From Escherichia phage ESCO5, in sequence record NC_047776.2: a DNA stretch of 64,000 nucleotides; one strand, written 5' to 3'. The number at the start of each line of letters is the position of its first letter. Positions within the stretch are counted from its first letter, which is position 1. Shown piece after piece: positions 1 through 9,409 of the stretch. Made by a program: the position numbers and the translations under genes. The notes under the pieces were generated by a model. It worked only from the letters and a program-made list of their open reading frames with translations, had not been told where the DNA came from and made no database searches.

Positions 1-95
1 AATGATAATTATTCTCATTCGCATGATATTTGGGAATTGTCGCTGCGTGGACCTGACGGCCCGAAAATTCGCGTTAAGCACTTCTTACGTATACG

Positions 96-338
96 CCATG
101 ATTTTTGCCATATGATACTGATTCTATTAGATATTCTTGCCATGATTGCCATGAAACATGGTGTCCCGAAATAATCTCTCCCCGTGGATATTTTGGGTTA
201 CTTTTTATACAAGAGTGGGGTGTCAAAAATAATCGGTATATATGGGATAATTGATAGGAATCCCCTATGATAAATCGATTGTAATTGCCAAAGATTGATC
301 GTATGATGTTGGTGATTGATGATTGCCATGAAAGATGG
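96..338. repeat. Cluster of CCATGATT..GCCATG-type repeats in the leader upstream of the first ORF (copies near 96-117, 150-171, 318-338)
   Basis: Near-identical 18-nt copies GATTGCCATGAAA[C/G]ATGG at 154-171 and 321-338 plus a related copy at 96-117; non-coding AT-rich leader. Confidence 0.4.
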
Positions 339-360
339 CTAACGATGAGAGGAGATTGTC

Positions 361-735
361 ATGCAAAAGAGTAAAAATGTTCCGTTGAGTAGTGCAACAT
401 TGCTTCGCTTCTATAAAGCATGGATTGCCAACTATCCTGCAATGAATCGCACAACGAGTGGCTTATGTGGTTGTCTGGTAGATTATGTAGATGATTTTGT
501 TGGTGAGACAACTAGAGAAGAAGATAGAAGATGGCGTGATCATTTGTTAGACCGTTTGAAATATGAAATGAGGAAACAATTTACATGTGCAGGGCTGGAC
601 TACAATCTTCCGTTCAATGCAGATTGCATGGATTACCTTTCAGAGTGTATAAACTTGGCGTGTCATACCAACACGTTACGTCTTCAGTGGGTGAAAGATA
701 GGATTGAAGATGCAAATAATGCTTGCATTGAATAA
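361..735 (+). CDS. Hypothetical protein; member 1 of a five-copy small-protein family
   Basis: ORF with SD GAGAGGAG upstream; shares FY..W, GLCxCL, QF..GL..PF and R..WVKDR motifs with ORFs at 4578, 7798, 11097 and 12402. Confidence 0.6.
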   Translation: MQKSKNVPLSSATLLRFYKAWIANYPAMNRTTSGLCGCLVDYVDDFVGETTREEDRRWRDHLLDRLKYEMRKQFTCAGLDYNLPFNADCMDYLSECINLACHTNTLRLQWVKDRIEDANNACIE

Positions 736-784
736 AGATGTTTGTATAATGGATGACATAACAGATAGCCAATGAGGAGATGAA

Positions 785-994
785 ATGAAGAATTTGAAAA
801 CTGTCACAATGTTCTTGACTAATCCTACACGTGTGCAAGCACTGGCTAAAGCCAGCCGTGTAGCTGTAGAATTCCAAAACTTTAAGCCGTCCGTTGTGAC
901 AGGCAGTGAAACGTGTGTTATCGATTTCATTAACGAATACTTCCGAGGGAATCCGGTTGGTCGTTACTTTATTAAGGGTCTGAAGGATGCATAA
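785..994 (+). CDS. Hypothetical protein
   Basis: ORF with SD-like GGAG upstream. Confidence 0.45.
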   Translation: MKNLKTVTMFLTNPTRVQALAKASRVAVEFQNFKPSVVTGSETCVIDFINEYFRGNPVGRYFIKGLKDA

Positions 995-995
995 C

Positions 996-1217
996 ATGAA
1001 ACGCATGAAAATTCGTATTGAGAATGATGGTGGTTATAAAGGATTGGCACATGCAAAATTTCCACTTGTGTTGGAAGCTACTGTGGAATACAGTGGGCTT
1101 GCTCATGTGCGATTCTCGAAGATGATGGAAGTGCAGGAATGGTTTTGGGACGAGATAGATGCACGAGAAGGGGAAGATTATGTTTTCTTTCCTCACGAAT
1201 ATGAAATTGTCTATTAA
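996..1217 (+). CDS. Hypothetical protein
   Basis: ORF; ATG at 996 follows upstream stop with GAAGGA SD; track start 987 is an alternative. Confidence 0.4.
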   Translation: MKRMKIRIENDGGYKGLAHAKFPLVLEATVEYSGLAHVRFSKMMEVQEWFWDEIDAREGEDYVFFPHEYEIVY

Positions 1218-1229
1218 GGGTTGTGTGCA

Positions 1230-1469
1230 ATGATCACACCACAACAGAATGAAGCAGCAATGGATCTTCTTGATAGTTTGTATTTCGATAATTGGTACTC
1301 TGAATGTGAATGGATGAATGTGCAAACTCTGAAAGAGAAGACAGAAGCGTTGATTACCGTAGATCAATTTCTTGCAGAGACGGAAAGAATGAATTATGAT
1401 ATGGCATCTCGCGCACGACGCGTTTCCATTTTCAATAAAATGTTAGCATTATGGGGAGGTAGAAAATGA
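1230..1469 (+). CDS. Hypothetical protein
   Basis: ORF; first ATG at 1230 (track start 1221 is TTG). Confidence 0.4.
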   Translation: MITPQQNEAAMDLLDSLYFDNWYSECEWMNVQTLKEKTEALITVDQFLAETERMNYDMASRARRVSIFNKMLALWGGRK

Positions 1470-1927
1470 GACAATTCACTATACTGGCAGCTTATGTGCA
1501 ATGTGTTCACGATTATGTTAGTGCTCATACAGGTGTGCTGGAAGTTACCAGTAAAATTGAAGGTAATATGGGTACTGTCTGTGTGCAACATACTTTATCC
1601 AATGTGCCGTTTAAAGTGTTCACTGTTGTAGCTGCCGATTACAATCGTGTAGATGTGCGTTTCTTGGATCATAATTTTCGTAACGCACTAGATAATATTG
1701 AAGATTATCTTCCCGTGAAACCTTTGTCATTTCCACCGAGTCGTGCAAATAATGTAGTGACAAACCTTAATGAAAGGAATGTGGCTATGCACAAAAAAGT
1801 TCGTCAATTGAAAATGCTGATGGAAATGCAAGAAGAGATTGAAAAAGAACTGAAAGAAGATTTTGGTATGCTTCCAAAAGACGCTTTGAAATGGTTTAAT
1901 GGGCTTGAAGGAGAGAGCAATGTTTAA
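1466..1927 (+). CDS. Hypothetical protein
   Basis: ORF with SD GGGGAGG upstream; overlaps upstream stop (ATGA). Confidence 0.5.
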   Translation: MRQFTILAAYVQCVHDYVSAHTGVLEVTSKIEGNMGTVCVQHTLSNVPFKVFTVVAADYNRVDVRFLDHNFRNALDNIEDYLPVKPLSFPPSRANNVVTNLNERNVAMHKKVRQLKMLMEMQEEIEKELKEDFGMLPKDALKWFNGLEGESNV

Positions 1928-2378
1928 AGAAGGTCATGTCTACCGTTTCCAGGATGAGGATTATATGCGACTATATTCTACCTTTGATAACAGTATTGCA
2001 GCTATCATTGGAGAGAATTTTTTCGAGGTGTTGAGCACTGATACAAATGGTAATGTCTTGTCAATGGTTGTAATAGGTATGAGAGACGGTATTATCACTG
2101 CTGGCGATGGGGATCGTTACATAATCAATTCTGCTCATATAGATTATTTTGTTGACGGCGGTGTTCGTGGTGGTCGTGGAAAACCCCAAGAAGAACCTGT
2201 TGATACAACAAAAGAAGAGTGGTATGTTGTAATGACTGGTGACACCTGTATTTCTGGATCTCAAAATTATGAAGAAGCTTTGAAAGAAGCAGCGGAGCAT
2301 AAAATGGCTAATCCTACAGAAGAGGTTGAAGTTTATAAACGTTTGGTTGTTGCTACCATCGGCGTATCTTTTGTTTAA
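1920..2378 (+). CDS. Hypothetical protein
   Basis: ORF; ATG at 1920 preceded by GGAGAGAG. Confidence 0.5.
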   Translation: MFKEGHVYRFQDEDYMRLYSTFDNSIAAIIGENFFEVLSTDTNGNVLSMVVIGMRDGIITAGDGDRYIINSAHIDYFVDGGVRGGRGKPQEEPVDTTKEEWYVVMTGDTCISGSQNYEEALKEAAEHKMANPTEEVEVYKRLVVATIGVSFV

Positions 2379-2390
2379 AAGGAGAATGTT

Positions 2391-2828
2391 ATGTTTAAAA
2401 TTAATGCTGTTTACTGTTTCAAAAGCAAAGCTGCATGTGAAGCTTTCTCTATGATCTCTGATGAAAATTTCAAAATGGCAGCTTTGATTGAAGGGTCTTG
2501 TTTCCGCGTCGAAGATGTTAGTGAATCAGGGTCTGTTTGCTCATTGACTTTATTGGACAGCGGGGATATTATTGAAGCTGGACAGTATCCGTTCAGGAGT
2601 TGGGAGATATTGTTAGCTCGCGGAGAGCGTAACTTTTTTATGTGTGTGTCTGCGGGGGAAGTTGTGAAAGAAACTAAGGATGTTTCTGTTTACAATTCTG
2701 AATTTATAAGTTATAGTGAGTATCAACATCTGGAAGGCATTGTTGGTCACTTGTTATCTCTGATTGACATTGAATGTGACTTGCCTGAATCATTGAAAGA
2801 AGAGTTGAAAGCATTAGATCTGCTGTAA
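2391..2828 (+). CDS. Hypothetical protein
   Basis: ORF with SD AAGGAGA upstream. Confidence 0.5.
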   Translation: MFKINAVYCFKSKAACEAFSMISDENFKMAALIEGSCFRVEDVSESGSVCSLTLLDSGDIIEAGQYPFRSWEILLARGERNFFMCVSAGEVVKETKDVSVYNSEFISYSEYQHLEGIVGHLLSLIDIECDLPESLKEELKALDLL

Positions 2829-2855
2829 TGTTCCGCACAACGAAAGGAGAATAAA

Positions 2856-3155
2856 ATGAATCTGACCGAACAGTTACGCCGTATTGCAAAAGAAGCTTCC
2901 TTCAACTTCCCTGTTGAAGAAGTGATCGAGACATGTTTTGCTGAAGCACGAGCGGGAAACTCTTCAAGAAATTTCACGCCATCTGATTTTGGTCTGGATA
3001 ATTCCCCTACCCACCCAGGGGAGATCTACAATCAGGTGAAGTGGATGGATGAAGCAGTAGCAATTCTTCGTGAGCGTGGGCTTATTGTTTATAAAGAAAT
3101 GGATCTGAACGGGGCATACGAGTGGATCACTATTGATTGGTCGGAGGTGAAATAA
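2856..3155 (+). CDS. Hypothetical protein
   Basis: ORF with SD AAGGAGA upstream. Confidence 0.5.
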   Translation: MNLTEQLRRIAKEASFNFPVEEVIETCFAEARAGNSSRNFTPSDFGLDNSPTHPGEIYNQVKWMDEAVAILRERGLIVYKEMDLNGAYEWITIDWSEVK

Positions 3156-3364
3156 TGGTTACTATCACATTGACAGTTACACAAGAGCAAGCAGAAGAAT
3201 TACGTGATGCAGTGGCATACATGGGACGCTCTTATTATATGCCTTATAAATCACAAGATGTTTTTGCTACAGCCATTGAGAAAGCTTTAAACAAATATCG
3301 AGAAACTCATGCCGTTCCTAAAGTATCAGCAGAAGAGTTTGGCACTTGGCACGAAGTTCACTAA
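3155..3364 (+). CDS. Hypothetical protein
   Basis: ORF; ATG at 3155 preceded by GGAGGTGA. Confidence 0.45.
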   Translation: MVTITLTVTQEQAEELRDAVAYMGRSYYMPYKSQDVFATAIEKALNKYRETHAVPKVSAEEFGTWHEVH

Positions 3365-3374
3365 GGAGGTATCG

Positions 3375-3608
3375 ATGAAAGGTAACAAGATGAAAGTTAA
3401 TCAGGTACCGAGCGCATACACTTTGTGGCTTGCGCGAGCGTTAAACCAGACGATCAAAAATCCTAAGAAGCCAATGAAGAGTGGGAAGAAGTTTATGTCT
3501 AAGGGCAAAGCAACCTTTGGCTTCACTCGTATGTCTGTTAAGATGAAAAGGCTGGGGTATAAGCCAAACTACGCTCGTTACCCTTCCGAATACAACTGGT
3601 TTGACTAA
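3375..3608 (+). CDS. Hypothetical small basic protein
   Basis: ORF; ATG at 3375 preceded by AAGGAGG; Lys/Arg-rich. Confidence 0.45.
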   Translation: MKGNKMKVNQVPSAYTLWLARALNQTIKNPKKPMKSGKKFMSKGKATFGFTRMSVKMKRLGYKPNYARYPSEYNWFD

Positions 3609-3623
3609 AGAGGAGAACAAAAC

Positions 3624-3842
3624 ATGAAAACATCTATTCGCGTGAAACATGATCCGAACAGCAGTTACCCATACGTGTATGTTGAACGTCATGAAGGTGA
3701 CTATTACACCATAAAACGTAAAGTCCCAACTGATACAGGGTTTAACTTTGATGTTATTGCACTGGATGATCAAGGTGTTGATAATCTGGTGAATGCATTA
3801 CTCGCATTGAAGGAAGTACGATATGAAAATCAGACTAATTGA
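3624..3842 (+). CDS. Hypothetical protein
   Basis: ORF with SD AGAGGAGA upstream. Confidence 0.5.
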   Translation: MKTSIRVKHDPNSSYPYVYVERHEGDYYTIKRKVPTDTGFNFDVIALDDQGVDNLVNALLALKEVRYENQTN

Positions 3843-4014
3843 AAAGGGTGATACCATCTTCGAAACCCGTAAAGGGGAGATCACAGAGATTCCAGAAGAA
3901 CGATCAACAATCCTTGTAAATGGTGTTTTGAAATATTGCTGTAGTGTCTACAAATCTTACGAGAAGGATCAGTATGGCGATCCAGAAATCTGGTTTGTAG
4001 GCGATGTGTATTAA
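3823..4014 (+). CDS. Hypothetical protein
   Basis: ORF overlapping the end of the upstream gene. Confidence 0.4.
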   Translation: MKIRLIEKGDTIFETRKGEITEIPEERSTILVNGVLKYCCSVYKSYEKDQYGDPEIWFVGDVY

Positions 4015-4025
4015 GGAGGGGTAAA

Positions 4026-4385
4026 ATGAGCGGAGAGTTTCGTAAAGTAAAAAATATCCCTTTGTTTGAAGGAGATGTTGTTAGAATCAATGGAAGGTTG
4101 TTGAAATTTCACCAATTGATGTATCCAAGCACAACACGCAATGTGATGGTGATCTTCCAGGACGCTTTTGCTGCCAGCGATTACACTCCGTATTCAGCAG
4201 AAACCGAAGTATATTTTGAAGGATATGTTGATCGACCACTTGCAAAAGAGATGTGGGACAAGTATCATATAAACATTACAGATTCACGGGGTGTCTTCTG
4301 GAACTACCCTGGCGAAGGTAAGGTGGCTTTCGATTCTTGTGATCGTTTAGCCGAAGAGATTGCCGAATGGCGTGATACTCACTAA
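4026..4385 (+). CDS. Hypothetical protein
   Basis: ORF with SD AAGGAGGGG upstream. Confidence 0.5.
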   Translation: MSGEFRKVKNIPLFEGDVVRINGRLLKFHQLMYPSTTRNVMVIFQDAFAASDYTPYSAETEVYFEGYVDRPLAKEMWDKYHINITDSRGVFWNYPGEGKVAFDSCDRLAEEIAEWRDTH

Positions 4386-4400
4386 AACAGGAGAAAGATT

Positions 4401-4577
4401 ATGGCTACTTTTCGACAACTGAAAGATGTTTCACGTTTAGTAAGAAAAATCCGAGAAGCAGACGCTGCTGTGCGAAATGCGCTAACGCCAGCAGAGCGTG
4501 AAGATCTTGAAGAGGAGGTGAAAACAGCCGAGAATGCTTTTGCTGCGTATCTTTCAACACTGCACACAGGAGGTTAA
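4401..4577 (+). CDS. Hypothetical small protein (58 aa)
   Basis: ORF below the track cutoff; SD CAGGAGA upstream; fills the gap between neighbouring genes. Confidence 0.4.
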   Translation: MATFRQLKDVSRLVRKIREADAAVRNALTPAEREDLEEEVKTAENAFAAYLSTLHTGG

Positions 4578-4892
4578 ATGTCAGAGGAACTTAAAGAATT
4601 TTATCAGGCATATCATAACTGGCTGTTAGCTGGTGCTCCAGATAATAATCCTTTCTGGCATGATAAAGGGTTATGTAGTTGCCTCTATCTTTGGTCTGGT
4701 GGTTATGATGACCTAAATTATGAAATGCAAATGCAATTCCGCGAAGCAGGTTTGTCTGAAGAATACCCGTTTGATGATGGGGATTGGTTTAAATATGATT
4801 TTGCACAAAGAAACGGGCTGCTACATTTGAATGCTGCTCGTATAAAATGGGTAAAAGATCATGCCACACAGGAGGGTGTGCAATGCCTATAG
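4578..4892 (+). CDS. Hypothetical protein; member 2 of the five-copy family
   Basis: ORF with SD CAGGAGG; shares GLCSCL, YPF and IKWVKDH motifs with the family. Confidence 0.6.
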   Translation: MSEELKEFYQAYHNWLLAGAPDNNPFWHDKGLCSCLYLWSGGYDDLNYEMQMQFREAGLSEEYPFDDGDWFKYDFAQRNGLLHLNAARIKWVKDHATQEGVQCL

Positions 4893-5083
4893 TGTTAGTT
4901 TTCTTGGCGATTGTTATGGTAGTTCTTTTCGCTGCATGGCTTTGGGATTTTGACCCAGGAGCCGCGCAGCAAAGAGCTACAGACTTGAAAGAACAATGTA
5001 TTGTGCTCAAACATGAACGAAATGCGGAGAAATTTCTTGACCTGGAGTGTGATCGCCTTGTAAGATACAAGCAAGATAAATAA
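4883..5083 (+). CDS. Small membrane protein
   Basis: ORF; ATG at 4883 after AGGAGGG; hydrophobic N-terminal segment. Confidence 0.45.
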   Translation: MPIVLVFLAIVMVVLFAAWLWDFDPGAAQQRATDLKEQCIVLKHERNAEKFLDLECDRLVRYKQDK

Positions 5084-5097
5084 CCTTGAGGTGCAAA

Positions 5098-5286
5098 ATG
5101 GTAATTGAGATTAAACTTGAATATGCTTGGGCTGTTGCCTTGATCGCACAAATGCTTGGAGCAAAGATTGAAGAAGTGTATATCAACGCCTGGAGCGTAG
5201 AGATTGATGTTCCTATGGACAACATTGCTAATCGCTTGCTGGTGGCAGAGTGTGAACGCACCAACATAATCTACAAAGGAGCATAA
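5098..5286 (+). CDS. Hypothetical protein
   Basis: ORF; ATG at 5098. Confidence 0.4.
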   Translation: MVIEIKLEYAWAVALIAQMLGAKIEEVYINAWSVEIDVPMDNIANRLLVAECERTNIIYKGA

Positions 5287-5287
5287 T

Positions 5288-5509
5288 ATGAAAATTAGAG
5301 TTTGTGATGTATTGGGTTATGTTGGTTTTGAGAATGTTCAGATTCCTTTTGTTGTTGAAGCACATCTTGTTAGTGAGGATATGACAACATTCTTTGTTAC
5401 GATAGAAGAAATGTCCAAAGTTGAGGGATGGGAGTGGTTTGAAGAAGATGTTTGGGAAGGTTGTGATTACGTATTTTTCTCTGACGAAGTGAATGTTCTT
5501 GCGGAGTAG
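5288..5509 (+). CDS. Hypothetical protein
   Basis: ORF with SD AAAGGAG upstream. Confidence 0.5.
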   Translation: MKIRVCDVLGYVGFENVQIPFVVEAHLVSEDMTTFFVTIEEMSKVEGWEWFEEDVWEGCDYVFFSDEVNVLAE

Positions 5510-5511
5510 GT

Positions 5512-5718
5512 ATGTCTTGTTTTACAAAAGCAGTATCCATATGTAAGAAACAGTATGAAAGTGATTATGGAATATTTAATATTCCAGTAGACCATACAGT
5601 GTATTGTTCATGTGGTGGCAGAATGAAGAAAACAGTGATTTATGCGGATAATGGAGATGAACTTGTTCCAGTTATGGTTTGCAAAGCTTGTCATTCTGTT
5701 AAAACATTAAAAGCGTAA
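5512..5718 (+). CDS. Cys-rich small protein (zinc-ribbon-like)
   Basis: ORF; two Cys pairs (CSCGG...CKAC). Confidence 0.45.
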   Translation: MSCFTKAVSICKKQYESDYGIFNIPVDHTVYCSCGGRMKKTVIYADNGDELVPVMVCKACHSVKTLKA

Positions 5719-5813
5719 GGAGTCGGGACACCCGACGATTGGAGCTAAAAATTTTGCGTACAACCCTTTCCGCCCAACAGGGGCGCGTCGGGTAAATAAA
5801 GAGGAGAGTTTAT

Positions 5814-6212
5814 ATGAAAAAGATCATCGTAGGTTTCTTGTTACTCATTGCATCACTTGGAACAGCAAGTGCGTCTCAAGTTTATGAGTGTGTGTCAGAT
5901 GTGGTTGTTAAAAATCTGAAAGGTGAAGTGATTTCTGGTCCTAAGAAAATGGCTTCTGTTATCATTAATAAAGATAACTCCTTTATCCTTAAAAATTCGG
6001 GTGGTGCTTTGATGAGTGGCATTCTGCAATACACAGGAGAAAAAAGTAAAGATGGTAGTGCTATGTACGGTTCACAACAGTTTATTGGCACTACTGAAGT
6101 TGTGATGATGCGCACAGAGTATCGAGACACTTTGGCTTGGTTTGCATTTCTAAAAAATGATAAAACAATAACGAATGTTCTTACTCTAGAAGCTGATTGC
6201 ACGCAACGATAA
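5814..6212 (+). CDS. Secreted or periplasmic protein
   Basis: ORF with SD AGAGGAGAG; N-terminal signal peptide MKKIIVGFLLLIASLGTASA. Confidence 0.55.
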   Translation: MKKIIVGFLLLIASLGTASASQVYECVSDVVVKNLKGEVISGPKKMASVIINKDNSFILKNSGGALMSGILQYTGEKSKDGSAMYGSQQFIGTTEVVMMRTEYRDTLAWFAFLKNDKTITNVLTLEADCTQR

Positions 6213-6221
6213 GGGGTATTT

Positions 6222-6668
6222 ATGACTAAAATGAGACATTATGCTGTAAACTGCAACGATGTTTGGCGTTTGTGTCCTGATGATCCGACAGAAGGCACAT
6301 TTGTAAGATATGAGGATTATAAAGAGTTATCAGATGCTGTGATCGCATTGTTAACTGATATCCGTTCACGTTATCCAGGACAAGATTTCACTTGCCCTCA
6401 CATCAAACTTCTTGCTTGTCTGGTAGAAGGTGAGAAAGAAGTGGAAGATGGCTTCAAGCGTGTAGAGTATCAAGGTGAAACTTTAGAGGTTCCTGAATTT
6501 GTTAATTATATTGCAACAGATTCGAGTGGCGAGCGTTATGGCTACAGCCATAAGCCAGAGATTCCTGATTGGATTCCCGCTTGGAGATATTCCGTTAGTA
6601 CCGGAGACTATATCTTCCTTGGTGTAGGTAGTAGTAAGGATTGGCGTTTCTCTTTGACAGAGGTTTAA
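6222..6668 (+). CDS. Hypothetical protein
   Basis: ORF with SD AAGGGG upstream. Confidence 0.5.
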   Translation: MTKMRHYAVNCNDVWRLCPDDPTEGTFVRYEDYKELSDAVIALLTDIRSRYPGQDFTCPHIKLLACLVEGEKEVEDGFKRVEYQGETLEVPEFVNYIATDSSGERYGYSHKPEIPDWIPAWRYSVSTGDYIFLGVGSSKDWRFSLTEV

Positions 6669-6672
6669 TAAT

Positions 6673-6936
6673 ATGAAAGAGACATTGCCAGCAGCATACC
6701 GTTTGAATGATGAACGTATTTGGGAGTGGACCGACGTTTCTTGTTTTTACCCTGAAATAGTTCAATATTGGCGAGCGAAAGGGTGTGTTGTAGTTATCAA
6801 CCCTTGTGGACCAGTAGATGAAGATTGCTTGTATCTCGATGGAAAGTGGCACAGTTATTGTCGCTGGCCTTTTGAGTGGATGTGTAAAGAAGATCTCCCA
6901 GAGGGTTGGGAGTATCCAAAAGCAAATAGGAGATAA
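6673..6936 (+). CDS. Hypothetical protein
   Basis: ORF closely following the upstream gene. Confidence 0.45.
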   Translation: MKETLPAAYRLNDERIWEWTDVSCFYPEIVQYWRAKGCVVVINPCGPVDEDCLYLDGKWHSYCRWPFEWMCKEDLPEGWEYPKANRR

Positions 6937-6937
6937 T

Positions 6938-7300
6938 ATGTCTAAAGATTTTGTTGAAGTGTTTGTCAAAGACGAAGAAACTGGTTTAGGCACAGGTTTC
7001 ATTTGTGAAGAAACCTTTAAGCGTGAACAAGAAAAAGCTATTCTTATGCGAAACTATGATCACGCATTAGAACAATGGAAAAATGCAGAACAAAAATGCA
7101 AAAACCTTTATGCAGAAAATAGAAAACTACAAGATCAAATGGAGTTGTTAGCTATCAGTTTACGATCTCTCATTTTGGCTGTAGAAGATGGTTTTAAAAA
7201 TCCAGATGGTTTTCCTGTGAGCGATATTGAACATGATTTGTATCTTGCTCGTGGTGCTTACTTTTATGTTAAACAGAAGTCTGTAGAAGGAGAGAAGTGA
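6938..7300 (+). CDS. Hypothetical protein
   Basis: ORF; ATG at 6938 preceded by AGGAGA. Confidence 0.45.
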   Translation: MSKDFVEVFVKDEETGLGTGFICEETFKREQEKAILMRNYDHALEQWKNAEQKCKNLYAENRKLQDQMELLAISLRSLILAVEDGFKNPDGFPVSDIEHDLYLARGAYFYVKQKSVEGEK

Positions 7301-7497
7301 TGGAAGAAAAACTGGAACGTATTATCGAGTTAGCCATGTCTATTGGCTACGACGATTGTTTTATCCAAACTATTGGAGAAACACAGAACGATTACGACTC
7401 TTGGGTGAAAGAGTTGGAAGAACTCAAAACTTCCTTGATTGCTGACTTTGCTTACGCAGAGAATAAAGCAGATCGTTACAACTATCTGTGTCGATAA
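7297..7497 (+). CDS. Hypothetical protein
   Basis: ORF overlapping the upstream stop (ATGA). Confidence 0.4.
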   Translation: MMEEKLERIIELAMSIGYDDCFIQTIGETQNDYDSWVKELEELKTSLIADFAYAENKADRYNYLCR

Positions 7498-7500
7498 ACC

Positions 7501-7528
7501 TTGACATTTATTTTATGTATGGTATACA
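7501..7528 (+). promoter_or_regulatory. Sigma70-like promoter (TTGACA, 16-17 nt spacer, TATACA)
   Basis: Consensus -35 hexamer with a plausible -10, about 30 nt upstream of the ORF at 7560. Confidence 0.45.
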
Positions 7529-7559
7529 TACATTATCAACGTGAGCAAGGTGGTGTAAT

Positions 7560-7832
7560 ATGAATAAAGATCGGTTTCTTTCTTTAGTCGCGGAAGCGCC
7601 TTTTGATGTTCTTGGGGTGAGATTATGGAAAGACAGAAACTATGGGTTAGATGTTCAAACATATTCTCTTTGGTTGGTTGGGGAGCACAGCTTAGATGAA
7701 AGCTTGTGCATGGGTAGGGATTCTCGTTCCCTTTGTTTAAAGTTCAGAAGCTTAGAACGCGCAAACAAAGAGCAAGAAAAACTAACGAGGTGGCTAAATG
7801 AAAACAAGCACAGGGTTGATGGAGTTTTATAA
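7560..7832 (+). CDS. Hypothetical protein
   Basis: ORF with SD AAGGTGG upstream. Confidence 0.45.
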   Translation: MNKDRFLSLVAEAPFDVLGVRLWKDRNYGLDVQTYSLWLVGEHSLDESLCMGRDSRSLCLKFRSLERANKEQEKLTRWLNENKHRVDGVL

Positions 7833-8124
7833 AATTTATCTAGCATGGATTGATGTTGGTGCTCCTGATGGTAAACCTTTTCGGCGGGATTGTGGTTTGT
7901 GTGCCAACTTGTTCGATTATGTGCACAGAGGTAATTACAACCCCATTATAACAACCTTGTCAGATGAAATGCACGCACAGTTTTACCATAAAGGGTTGAA
8001 TCAAGGACTCCCTTTCAATGAGAACTACGATGCATATGTCTTAGAGTCAGATGCAGATGCCTGTCACCTGAACGTGGACAGAATTAATTGGGTAAGAGAT
8101 CGTATTGCAGAGGAGGATGAATAA
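7798..8124 (+). CDS. Hypothetical protein; member 3 of the five-copy family
   Basis: ORF with SD GAGGTGG; shares GLCANL, LPF and INWVRDR motifs. Confidence 0.6.
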   Translation: MKTSTGLMEFYKIYLAWIDVGAPDGKPFRRDCGLCANLFDYVHRGNYNPIITTLSDEMHAQFYHKGLNQGLPFNENYDAYVLESDADACHLNVDRINWVRDRIAEEDE

Positions 8125-8351
8125 TGTCGGATTATAACTGGTATGAACTTGAAGCTGTTTGTCAGTTTTATGATTCAATAGTTCTACGTGATCCAATCTG
8201 TCAAGAATTGAGTCGCCGTGCAAGTGCATTGGCAATCCGTGTTAAAATAAATGGTTGGAACCCAGACTTGGAAAAAGAGTTGGAATTTCTCTTAGAAACA
8301 ACACGTGTCTTCCACAAAGTGTTCCCTGAATGGTTCGAGATGGAAGAATGA
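8124..8351 (+). CDS. Hypothetical protein
   Basis: ORF; ATGTCG start overlaps the upstream stop. Confidence 0.45.
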   Translation: MSDYNWYELEAVCQFYDSIVLRDPICQELSRRASALAIRVKINGWNPDLEKELEFLLETTRVFHKVFPEWFEMEE

Positions 8352-8569
8352 TCATGTGGATTGTACGTCTTAAATATGATGGCCCTGATCCTTGGGTGCA
8401 TAACGTTTGCGGTTGTGATTCCGAAGAAGCAGCACATAAAGCAGGAAGAGCAGCAAGTGCCTTCTATAATGACAAACCTTTTTGTTTAGAAATGGCAGGT
8501 GTGGTTTGTATGAGCATGTTCGAATACTACTCTTATGAAATCAAAGAACACCAAGGGGAATGGAAATAA
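8348..8569 (+). CDS. Hypothetical protein
   Basis: ORF; ATG at 8348 overlaps the upstream stop (ATGA). Confidence 0.4.
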   Translation: MIMWIVRLKYDGPDPWVHNVCGCDSEEAAHKAGRAASAFYNDKPFCLEMAGVVCMSMFEYYSYEIKEHQGEWK

Positions 8570-8573
8570 ATCG

Positions 8574-8602
8574 TTGACAGAAGGATCTGTCTTTGTCATA
8601 AT
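8574..8602 (+). promoter_or_regulatory. Sigma70-like promoter (TTGACA, 17 nt spacer, CATAAT)
   Basis: Consensus -35 and near-consensus -10 upstream of the ORF at 8632. Confidence 0.5.
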
Positions 8603-8631
8603 CATCTCATCGAAACAAAGAGGAGAAAATC

Positions 8632-9045
8632 ATGAAAAAGTTTATTTGCACCCGTTCCACTAACAGTGATATCCTTGTAGGTAAGGTTATCAAAGGAGAA
8701 CTCTTCCATGCAAATGGTAAGAAATATATTCTGCTGAAAGATTCTTTCAACGGGGAATATCCGCGCTGCACTTTCTTCAATTACAACACTCCATTTGCTT
8801 TAGAAGGAGATGCTTGGGAATGGGCTGAACTCAATCCTTGTTATGAGGAAGAAGAATCTATGTTCTTAGGTTTAAACGTTTACCGTGTAGATTACACCAT
8901 GTGCGGAGCGGAACATTCTGTTCGCGTAGAAGCCGAATCCAAACTACAAGCACCTTTCAAGGCAGGATTGACTTTGGGTCATTGTTTGGCAAACATTGAA
9001 GATGTTGTGATCCAAAGAGTTGTTTTAGAGAAAGAGGCTATTTGA
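8632..9045 (+). CDS. Hypothetical protein
   Basis: ORF with SD AGAGGAGA upstream. Confidence 0.5.
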   Translation: MKKFICTRSTNSDILVGKVIKGELFHANGKKYILLKDSFNGEYPRCTFFNYNTPFALEGDAWEWAELNPCYEEEESMFLGLNVYRVDYTMCGAEHSVRVEAESKLQAPFKAGLTLGHCLANIEDVVIQRVVLEKEAI

Positions 9046-9099
9046 CAGAAGACGGTACAATATTTAAAATATAAAGATTAACCACAAAAGGAGAGAAAC

Positions 9100-9399
9100 A
9101 TGCAAGTTGAAGACCTGACCAAGATTCTGAATAAAGCCAAAGAGAAGGGTGCTATCAAAGACTGGAAACGTGAAACAAGTGAAGATTTATCTCATTGTTG
9201 TCGAGAATTTTACATTGAAGGTATTGCTAACGATCATTATACTATTGAATGGTATATTAACTTAATGACTCTTAAACACGGTTCATTTGAGGTTTGGTTT
9301 GATGACATTGATGTAAATGGTTTTCATCCTGGCTATAAAATCGCTATGCAGTTATCTTATCGTAGAGAAGTTGTAGCACATTTGGGTTTACATAACTAA
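9100..9399 (+). CDS. Hypothetical protein
   Basis: ORF with SD AAAGGAGAG upstream. Confidence 0.5.
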   Translation: MQVEDLTKILNKAKEKGAIKDWKRETSEDLSHCCREFYIEGIANDHYTIEWYINLMTLKHGSFEVWFDDIDVNGFHPGYKIAMQLSYRREVVAHLGLHN

Positions 9400-9409
9400 G
9401 GAGAAAAGA

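Noticed and set aside
614-1006. Minus-strand ORFs within the plus-strand early block (for example 614-1006, 676-930, 972-1367)
   Set aside because: Antisense to tightly packed plus-strand genes with ribosome-binding sites; low-complexity translations typical of AT-rich antisense frames.
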